Positions 1 through 5,577 of a DNA stretch of 5,924 bases are shown here, one piece after another; position 1 is the stretch's first letter; every line of letters starts with the position of its first letter. The notes beneath the pieces were generated by a model, which saw only the letters and a program-made list of their open reading frames with translations, searched no databases and was not told the origin of the DNA. Both the position numbers and the translations under genes were made by a program. Origin of the DNA: an uncultured Gammaproteobacteria bacterium. Lineage in GTDB: Bacteria > Patescibacteriota > Patescibacteriia > UBA2591 > UBA6264. The stretch is taken from the NCBI GenBank assembly GCA_964617525.1, contig CAZTWG010000040.1, forward strand, positions 1-5,924, read 5' to 3'.

Positions 1-33
1 GTTCTACGTAAAATTGTTTTTAAGCAAATTAAC

Positions 34-1248
34 TTGAGTCAATTACTTGAAGTCTTGAAACCTTTGGGACTCATGGAAGAGCAAACAAAAAAAATAGCAG
101 TAGAAATCTTAAAACGCAGAGTTTTGCCTTTGAGTGATTATTTAAAAGTTAATACTTTGTTATATATTAAGAAATGGGGAGGTGAAATCCCAGCAGACGA
201 ATTCTCAAAGTTAGTTAAAACAGAATCCCAAGGCAAGATAGATGCAGATAATATTATAGAGCAAATCATTAAAGAAACAGGTTTAGAGCTAAAAGACCAT
301 GTTCTTGAGAATAGATTTAAAAATATAGTTCTTTCGTTTATTCGTAATGTACGTAGCTTTACAGAAACAGCTATTGTTTTGAAAAGGCCCTCAAAAATTG
401 GAGGTATGGGGATTGAACAGGGATTAGTTGATAAGATTATGACTATCTTGCAGAAAGAAGAGCAACAATCTAAGACCGTTTCACTTTCAACAAAAAAAAT
501 CGTTAGTAAAGAAATAGCTAAGGCTTTAATGAGAACTCCAGCTAAGGAATTATTAAAAATAGAGACTAAGGTGCTTAAGGTTGCTCCAAAATTAGAAACA
601 TTTCTTGTTGAATTAAAAACTAAGACCCAAAAACCATTAATAAAAAAAATAGAAAAGATAGAAAAGATAAAAAAGGATAAAAAAATAGATACAGATAGTG
701 AAGAAATGACTCAAGATATAGAAAAGGCAATTAAAAAATTCCAACCACAAAAAGCCTCTCCTCCTCAAAAAAAGATTATTTTAGAAGAAAAGAAGAAACA
801 AATTTCGAAAACCCCAGAGAAGCTTGCAGAAATCAAACCTAAATTTTCTGACGATATTCCTGTCTTGAAGAGGAATATACCGAAACCTGATAAAATAATG
901 GTTGAAAGCGTTAGTAATTATCCTAAAATTTATGGACCAAGCGATGAGCTCAGAAATATTAGTTTAATTGATTGGAGAAGATGGGGAACATCTCGAGAAG
1001 CTATGCTTAAAATTTTAGAAAAAATAAATTTATTGGGAGAAGAATCTTTGATTAAAAAAGCCGAAGGAATTAAATCGTGGAAAGAGTCAGAGATTAATAA
1101 GCTTTATTTAGGCATAGGGGAAGAGTCAATCAACAAAGGTAAATCAGTGGGGAAGATAATTAGTGAACGTCAAAGGGACGGCAGAAAAACTTTAACCCAG
1201 AAAGAGTTTAATGCAGTCGTAGAACTAAATCAGAAATTGCGTTTCTAA
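34..1248 (+). CDS. Hypothetical soluble Lys/Glu-rich protein with three parts: helical N-terminal domain, low-complexity K/E/P linker and Trp-containing C-terminal domain. Possibly 5'-truncated by the window edge.
   Basis: Long uninterrupted ORF ending in TAA at 1246-1248. The same frame has no stop back to position 1, so the TTG at 34 (or the ATG at 73) may not be the true start and the gene may begin upstream of the window. No hydrophobic segment long enough for a TM helix or signal peptide. Central part (about aa 150-290) is K/E/I/P-rich low complexity. C-terminal part (...GPSDELRNISLIDWRRWGTSREAMLKILEKINLLGEESLIKKAEGIKSWKESEINKLYL...LTQKEFNAVVELNQKLRF) looks like a folded helical domain. 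I recognise no catalytic motif. Confidence 0.6.
   Translation: MSQLLEVLKPLGLMEEQTKKIAVEILKRRVLPLSDYLKVNTLLYIKKWGGEIPADEFSKLVKTESQGKIDADNIIEQIIKETGLELKDHVLENRFKNIVLSFIRNVRSFTETAIVLKRPSKIGGMGIEQGLVDKIMTILQKEEQQSKTVSLSTKKIVSKEIAKALMRTPAKELLKIETKVLKVAPKLETFLVELKTKTQKPLIKKIEKIEKIKKDKKIDTDSEEMTQDIEKAIKKFQPQKASPPQKKIILEEKKKQISKTPEKLAEIKPKFSDDIPVLKRNIPKPDKIMVESVSNYPKIYGPSDELRNISLIDWRRWGTSREAMLKILEKINLLGEESLIKKAEGIKSWKESEINKLYLGIGEESINKGKSVGKIISERQRDGRKTLTQKEFNAVVELNQKLRF
649..675 (+). repeat. In-frame 9-bp tandem repeat ATAGAAAAG: two perfect copies and one imperfect copy (ATAAAAAAG), encoding IEK-IEK-IKK.
   Basis: Read directly: ATAGAAAAG at 649-657 and 658-666, ATAAAAAAG at 667-675. It lies in the low-complexity linker of the 34-1248 ORF. 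Confidence 0.6.
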
Positions 1249-1263
1249 CAAATACAAAATATT

Positions 1264-1303
1264 TATAATTCTGACTATATAAGCATATAATTAACTAATT
1301 AAC
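1264..1303 (+). promoter_or_regulatory. Candidate promoter region for the T4SS-like operon, with two TATAAT boxes and a tandem TAATTAAC duplication.
   Basis: 60-bp AT-rich gap between the stop at 1248 and the ATG at 1309. Perfect TATAAT hexamers at 1264-1269 and 1286-1291. TAATTAAC occurs twice in tandem (1288-1295 and 1296-1303). No convincing -35 box at correct spacing, and TATAAT is expected by chance in DNA this AT-rich. Confidence 0.2.
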
Positions 1304-1308
1304 CAACC

Positions 1309-1734
1309 ATGCAGTTTGTAGTTCCTCAATTTATTGACGTTGAACCTAAAATTTTAGGCCCAATTACTCCTCGTCAATTAATTATTATGATAGTTACCTT
1401 TGGGTTAGGTTTTGTCTGTTTTAAATTGTCTGACTTTACTCTTTTTATTTTTGAAGCAATCATCCTACTTGTCGTTGGTGGCAGTCTAGCCTTTTTTAAA
1501 GTTAATCATCGTCCTCTTCATTCTTTTCTTCTTGACGTTTCTAATACACTCAAAAAACCTAAACTAAGAGTCTGGAGTAAAAAATCCTCGCCATTTCCTG
1601 AGAAAGAGCTAAAGGTAAAAAAGGATTTGCCGTCAGAACTAATAGATACCCGTCGCAAACCACTTTTTCGCTCTAGGCTTTCTCAAATAGCTTTACTAGT
1701 TGATACCGGAGGAAGATATGAGGAGGAAGAATAG
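1309..1734 (+). CDS. PrgI-family / VirB3-like small T4SS inner-membrane protein.
   Basis: 141 aa. The N-terminus MQFVVPQFIDVEPKILGPITPRQL followed by two adjacent hydrophobic helices (IIMIVTFGLGFVCFKL and FTLFIFEAIILLVVGGSLAFF) and then HRPLHSFLLDV...LRVW matches my memory of the PrgI family signature (xVPxxIdxExKIxGxLTxRQ + TM hairpin). Its position just upstream of virB4 is the canonical VirB3/PrgI position. Confidence 0.7.
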   Translation: MQFVVPQFIDVEPKILGPITPRQLIIMIVTFGLGFVCFKLSDFTLFIFEAIILLVVGGSLAFFKVNHRPLHSFLLDVSNTLKKPKLRVWSKKSSPFPEKELKVKKDLPSELIDTRRKPLFRSRLSQIALLVDTGGRYEEEE

Positions 1735-1759
1735 AAAACGAATAAACACTAATCCATGG

Positions 1760-1832
1760 ACGAATATACACGAAATACCAACAAGAAATTCGTGATTCGT
1801 AAAAATTCGTTATATAATTCGTAAAAATTTGT
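1760..1832 (+). promoter_or_regulatory. Hexamer-repeat operator-like array (ATTCGT/ACGAAT) overlapping a TATAAT -10 box, upstream of the virB4 N-domain ORF.
   Basis: ACGAAT at 1760-1765 and degenerate ACGAAA at 1770-1775 (reverse orientation). ATTCGT at 1788-1793, 1795-1800, 1805-1810 and 1817-1822, plus degenerate ATTTGT at 1827-1832. A 16-bp unit ATTCGTAAAAATTCGT (1795-1810) recurs as ATTCGTAAAAATTTGT (1817-1832), 22 bp apart. A perfect TATAAT at 1813-1818 sits between the two units, 22 bp upstream of the ATG at 1840. Confidence 0.4.
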
Positions 1833-1839
1833 TTATATT

Positions 1840-2493
1840 ATGAACATAGCATCTACTCAAAAATATTTAGATATTACTGAAATAAAAAATGATTGCATAG
1901 TTTTAAAAGACGGTAGCTTAAGGGCAATTTTACTTGCTTCGTCTATTAACTTTGCCCTTAAATCTGAAGATGAACAAAAGGCCGTTATTCAGTCTTATGC
2001 TCGTTTTTTAAATACACTAGGATTTCCTTTGCAAATTGTTATTCATTCTAGACCATTTAATATTGACCCATATGTTAATGAATTAAACGTTTTGCGACAA
2101 AATCAAACAAATGAGCTTCTTAGAAATCAAACTACAGATTATCGTGATTTTATTAAAGAGTTAATAGATTTAGGAGAGATAATGAGTCGTCGTTTTTATA
2201 TTGTTGTTCGCTATAATCCGCTTGGCGACAAAAAGAAAGGATTTTTATCTAAGATTTCAGACATATTAAGTGCAGCCATTGTAGTAAAAATCAAAAGAGA
2301 AAAATTTGATGCTTGTAGAGAAATGCTTTTCAAGAGAGTTGATAACATTACTTCTGGGCTTTCCTCTATGGGGATTAAGACTAGTCCCTTGGATACCCAA
2401 AGTTTAATTGAATTGTTTTATAATATATATAATCCTGCTGAAGCTAAAAATCAAAAATTAATAGATTTAGAAAAATTAAGAATAGAACAATAA
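1840..2493 (+). CDS. VirB4-family N-terminal domain encoded as a separate 217-aa ORF (split VirB4, part 1).
   Basis: The N-terminal stretch (KYLDITEIKNDCIVLKDGSLRAILLASSINFALKSEDEQKAVIQSYARFLNTLGFPLQIVIHS) matches the opening of monoderm VirB4 homologues as I recall them: a 'dg-i-tkdG-y-..-v-.iNf-L-s-eEq-..i-..f-.fLn-l...iq' pattern in the Tn916 Orf16 / CD1110-type N-termini. It ends at TAA 2491-2493, one base before the ATG of the ATPase ORF. The start is well defined, because an in-frame stop at 1822-1824 leaves ATG 1840 as the first start. Confidence 0.65.
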   Translation: MNIASTQKYLDITEIKNDCIVLKDGSLRAILLASSINFALKSEDEQKAVIQSYARFLNTLGFPLQIVIHSRPFNIDPYVNELNVLRQNQTNELLRNQTTDYRDFIKELIDLGEIMSRRFYIVVRYNPLGDKKKGFLSKISDILSAAIVVKIKREKFDACREMLFKRVDNITSGLSSMGIKTSPLDTQSLIELFYNIYNPAEAKNQKLIDLEKLRIEQ

Positions 2494-2494
2494 T

Positions 2495-4378
2495 ATGTCT
2501 ATAACTCCAGAGAGTTTAATCAAAAAAGAAAAAATTAAAGAAAAGAGAGTGGCTTCTTTGTCAGATAAAAAAGCTCAGGAATTTATTAATACTGAGGAAA
2601 AATATCGACGTGGTCGTTTCAAGGTCCAAGACCTAATTGCTCCCTCAGCTTTAAGAGTAACTCCTCAATATCTTCAACTAGGTGGTAGATATTTGAGGAC
2701 GATTTTTGTGGTAGGGTTTCCAAGATATATTTCTGTCGGTTGGTTTATGCCAGTTATTAACTTTAATGCTTATTTAGACGTAGCTATGTTTTTTTACCCA
2801 GTTAAGGCAAGTGTTGTTCTCAAACAATTACAGAATCGTGTTGGCAATCTTCAGGCAGAGATGAGCATTGCTCAGGAGAAGGGTTTACCTCGAGATCCTT
2901 TAAAGGATACGGCACTTAATGATATCGAGCAATTAAGGGATAGCTTAACTACTGGTGTTGAACAATTTTTCCAATTTGGTTTGTATATAACAGTTTACGC
3001 GAAAGATGAAAAAGGATTAGATTTATTGACTGAAAAAATAGAAAGCCTTCTAGCCTCAAAGTTAATTTACAGCCGAAGAGTCTTTTATCAATCAGAACAA
3101 GGGTTCAATTCTACACTTCCCTTATCTAACGATCGGTTAATGGTCTTAAACAACATCAATTCTTCTCCTTGCGCCTCTAGTTTTCCTTTCATATCTGCTG
3201 ATTTAACTTCAGACAATGGCGTTCTTTACGGGATTAACAGACATAATAATAGTTTGATTCTTTTTGACCGTTTTTCTATGCCTAACGCTAATTTTGTTGT
3301 ATTTGCTACCTCTGGGGCTGGTAAATCGTATTTTTGTAAATTGGAAGTTTTAAGGTCTATGATGTTCGGTACAGATGTAATTATAATTGATCCAGAGCGA
3401 GAATACGAACATCTTTCAGATGCTGTAGGCGGAACCTATGTTAATATTTCCCTTTCTTCTAAAAGCAAAATTAACCCATTTGATTTGCCAAGGTCAGAGA
3501 ATAAGGACATTAGTGCGGCTGATGTGATTCGCACTAGTGTTATTACTGTTAAAGGACTTCTGAGAATTATGATTGGACAAGAGAATAGAGGAGGTGTTAA
3601 AAGTTTTACTTCTCAAGAAGATTCTATAATTGACAGAGCTTTAATTGAAACTTACGCAAAGAAAGACATTGTGCCTGGGTGTGACTTAAGTAGAGTAGAT
3701 GTCCCTACCATGAGTGATTTGCAGGAAATATTAGAAGGCATGGAGGGAGGAAATGACCTAGCGGAAAGATTAAAAAAATATACTGAAGGCACTTTTGCTG
3801 GCTTCCTTAATTATCCTACTAATATAGAAATGGATAACCAGTTAGTTACTTTTTCTGTTAGAGATATTGAGGACGAGTTAAGACCAATGGCTATTTATAC
3901 TATTGTGAATTATATTTGGAATGTAGTTCGGGCAAAGCTAAAGAAAAGAATTTTGTTAATCGATGAAGCTTGGTGGTTGATGCAACATGAGGATTCAGCT
4001 AAATTTATTTTTGCTTTAGTCAAGCGTTGTCGAAAATATTATTTAGGCGTTACCACGATCACTCAAGATGTTAATGATTTTTTGGAATCGTCTTATGGCC
4101 GAGCTATTGTGACTAATTCGGCGCTACAATTACTTTTAAAGCAATCTCCTGCAGCTATTGATGGAGTAGCTAAGACCTTTATGCTTACAGAGGGTGAAAG
4201 GTATTTATTGTTGGAATGTGGGATTGGGGATGGAATATTCTTCGCTGGCTCTAAGCATGCGGCTATTAAGATAGTTGCTTCCTACTCCGAAGACCAATTA
4301 ATAACATCGGACCCTAAGCAATTATTAGAGATTAATGAAGCTAAAAGGGAGTTTGCCAAACAGTACAAAACAAAATAA
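2495..4378 (+). CDS. virB4: VirB4/TrsE/ConE-family T4SS ATPase (middle domain plus C-terminal ATPase domain; split VirB4, part 2).
   Basis: 627 aa. Walker A ATSGAGKS is encoded at 3305-3328 and Walker B ILLIDEAW at 3950-3973, followed by GVTTITQDVNDF (sensor-like TQ motif). The pre-ATPase region DLIAPSALRV..YLQLGGRYLRTIFVVGFPRYISVGWFMPVINF..LDVAMFFYPV and the YGIN..N.LILFDRF..PNANFVVFATSGAGKS context are typical of VirB4-family proteins. The C-terminal GIGDGIFFAGSKHAAIKIVASYSE..LITSDP is also typical. Confidence 0.9.
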   Translation: MSITPESLIKKEKIKEKRVASLSDKKAQEFINTEEKYRRGRFKVQDLIAPSALRVTPQYLQLGGRYLRTIFVVGFPRYISVGWFMPVINFNAYLDVAMFFYPVKASVVLKQLQNRVGNLQAEMSIAQEKGLPRDPLKDTALNDIEQLRDSLTTGVEQFFQFGLYITVYAKDEKGLDLLTEKIESLLASKLIYSRRVFYQSEQGFNSTLPLSNDRLMVLNNINSSPCASSFPFISADLTSDNGVLYGINRHNNSLILFDRFSMPNANFVVFATSGAGKSYFCKLEVLRSMMFGTDVIIIDPEREYEHLSDAVGGTYVNISLSSKSKINPFDLPRSENKDISAADVIRTSVITVKGLLRIMIGQENRGGVKSFTSQEDSIIDRALIETYAKKDIVPGCDLSRVDVPTMSDLQEILEGMEGGNDLAERLKKYTEGTFAGFLNYPTNIEMDNQLVTFSVRDIEDELRPMAIYTIVNYIWNVVRAKLKKRILLIDEAWWLMQHEDSAKFIFALVKRCRKYYLGVTTITQDVNDFLESSYGRAIVTNSALQLLLKQSPAAIDGVAKTFMLTEGERYLLLECGIGDGIFFAGSKHAAIKIVASYSEDQLITSDPKQLLEINEAKREFAKQYKTK

Positions 4379-4397
4379 GAAAAATTAATACTTTGTT

Positions 4398-4961
4398 ATG
4401 AGTAAAAAAAATATTTTTGTTGTAATTATTGTCATTATTCTTTTATTAGCTGGAATTTCTTTGATGCTTTTAAATAATAAAGATGCTGACATTGACGTTA
4501 ACGTCGATGTTAAGCCAGAAGAAAGTATTGCCCCAAATATTCCTTTAGAAGAAAAACAAGAACAAAATGAGAAAGAAGTTGTTGACCCTCTTGTCACTGT
4601 TCAAGGGCAATTAAAAAATAAAGTTCGTTTTTTTGTGGAACGTTATAATACTTATTCTTCAGATAACAATAAAGAGAATTTACGCAATTTATTGTCACAA
4701 ACTAGCAATAAGCTAACGAAAGACATAAAGGTTCGTCTAAATGAAGAAAATAATCAAGATGATGTTTTCTTTTCTTTCCAAACTAAAGTATTGTCTATAG
4801 CATTGTCTGATTTTGTTGATAAGGAAAAAGCGGTTTTCGAATGTCAAATTGAAGAACAAGAAACAAAAGGAGAAATAACAGAGGTTCATTATAAAAAAGC
4901 AATCCTAGAATTTATTTATGAAAATAAAGAATGGAAAGTGGATAGGATTGAGATAAAATAA
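4398..4961 (+). CDS. Signal-anchored extracytoplasmic protein; candidate VirB8/TcpC/PrgL-like (NTF2-fold) T4SS component.
   Basis: 187 aa. N-terminal TM/signal anchor (IFVVIIVIILLLAGISLMLL), an acidic linker, then a domain of about 120 aa. That domain starts with a helix FFVERYNTYSSDNNKENLRNLLSQTSNKLTKDI, resembling the 'F...Y.tw......r...L..y....l' helix pair that opens VirB8-like domains. Alternating beta-like segments follow (VFFSFQTKVLSIALSDF, AVFECQIEEQE, ITEVHYKKAILEFIYENKEWKVDRIEI). It lies directly downstream of virB4. The functional call is inference from pattern and context only. Confidence 0.45.
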   Translation: MSKKNIFVVIIVIILLLAGISLMLLNNKDADIDVNVDVKPEESIAPNIPLEEKQEQNEKEVVDPLVTVQGQLKNKVRFFVERYNTYSSDNNKENLRNLLSQTSNKLTKDIKVRLNEENNQDDVFFSFQTKVLSIALSDFVDKEKAVFECQIEEQETKGEITEVHYKKAILEFIYENKEWKVDRIEIK

Positions 4962-4982
4962 TAAATATTCTAATGATTTGTT

Positions 4983-5573
4983 ATGCCTACTGATTTTGAG
5001 AAAGCTAAACAAGAACAAGAGATAAAAAGGAAGCTTTGGCGTCAACAACAAAAAGCGCGGATGCAAAGACATCTGCCAGGGGGCTTATCAACAAATAATC
5101 AAAACAAAAAAGAAATAGAAGAAAAGGAGGTAGAGGACAACGAAGAGTTTCCATCTGGAATGAGCTTTGAAGCTATTACCGCTAGATTAAGGAAGCAAAA
5201 ATTAGAAAAATTAAGGAAAGGAGAGAATAAGAAGGGAAAAATGAGCAAGATCGCAGAAGCGAAAAAGAAGGTGGAAGATGTTAAAGAAGCCGCAAAGAAT
5301 TTAAAAAATATTTATAGAATAATTAACGGAGTCTCGGCAGTAAGTTTAGCAGGATTAATCATCACCTTTTTGGTTATGAATGCACAACTGATTTTAGGAA
5401 ATTGGCTGAAAGTGAAGTTGGTCCCAGAGTTATCTTTCCCAGAAATCCTTATTATTATATTCATTGATTTTATGATTTTTATAGCATTATTAATATTGTT
5501 TTTGTTAATTTGTTTTATCATCGCTATAATAATGCAACATCCTGTCATAAAAATCATAAAAATGGTAACATAA
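4983..5573 (+). CDS. Hypothetical membrane protein with a highly charged N-terminal region (about 110 aa) and a C-terminal hydrophobic hairpin or multi-TM segment.
   Basis: 196 aa. The N-terminal half is K/E/Q-rich (KQEQEIKRKLWRQQQKARMQRH..., KKEIEEKEVEDNEE, KLRKGENKKGKMSKIAEAKKKVEDVKEAAK). The C-terminal part has hydrophobic stretches VSAVSLAGLIITFLVMNAQLIL and FPEILIIIFIDFMIFIALLILFLLICFIIAIIM. It is tightly packed between the VirB8-like and pilin genes (21-nt and 4-nt gaps). I recognise no family. Confidence 0.6.
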   Translation: MPTDFEKAKQEQEIKRKLWRQQQKARMQRHLPGGLSTNNQNKKEIEEKEVEDNEEFPSGMSFEAITARLRKQKLEKLRKGENKKGKMSKIAEAKKKVEDVKEAAKNLKNIYRIINGVSAVSLAGLIITFLVMNAQLILGNWLKVKLVPELSFPEILIIIFIDFMIFIALLILFLLICFIIAIIMQHPVIKIIKMVT

Positions 5574-5577
5574 AAAT

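Noticed and set aside
1231-1260. Possible rho-independent terminator after the first gene (GAAAttgcgTTTC).
   Set aside because: The stem is only 4 bp, has no G/C-rich core and is not followed by a U-tract. I found no convincing intrinsic terminator anywhere in the window.
1756-1824. 22-codon ORF (MDEYTRNTNKKFVIRKNSLYNS) spanning the hexamer array.
   Set aside because: It has no SD or other initiation signal, and its sequence is dictated by the ATTCGT repeats. A DNA-level regulatory role for the repeats is more economical than a coding role.
1760-1832. Reading the inverted/direct repeat array as an origin of transfer (oriT).
   Set aside because: No relaxase gene or recognisable nic-site consensus is in the window. 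The inverted arms are only 6 bp with a 22-nt spacer. The overlap with a -10 box immediately upstream of a gene fits an operator better.
2486-2494. Programmed +1 ribosomal frameshift joining the two VirB4 ORFs (prfB-like, stop codon in the A site).
   Set aside because: The only permissive window reads AAC AAT AAT in frame 2 and GAA CAA TAA in frame 1. A P-site CAA re-pairing on AAT is poor, and no upstream SD-like stimulator is present. Termination-reinitiation or a true split gene is more plausible. It is kept as a formal alternative under the split-VirB4 finding.
4404-4411. A8 homopolymer at codons 3-5 of the VirB8-like gene as a phase-variation switch (similar A8 runs occur elsewhere in the 34-1248 ORF, including 642-649).
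   Set aside because: A-runs of this length are expected from AAA Lys codons in an AT-rich, Lys-rich coding background. Without population-level length variation there is no support for phase variation.
4385-4597. 70-aa minus-strand ORF from the ORF track.
   Set aside because: It lies almost entirely antisense to the 5' part of the well-supported + strand gene 4398-4961. The protein is Ser/Thr/Ile-rich low complexity, typical of the antisense frame of AT-rich coding DNA. It does not fit the uniformly + strand operon layout.
5312-5557. 81-aa minus-strand ORF from the ORF track.
   Set aside because: It is antisense to the hydrophobic C-terminal half of gene 4983-5573. Its Ile/Asn/Lys-rich composition mirrors the complement of Ile/Phe codons. 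It has no independent support.
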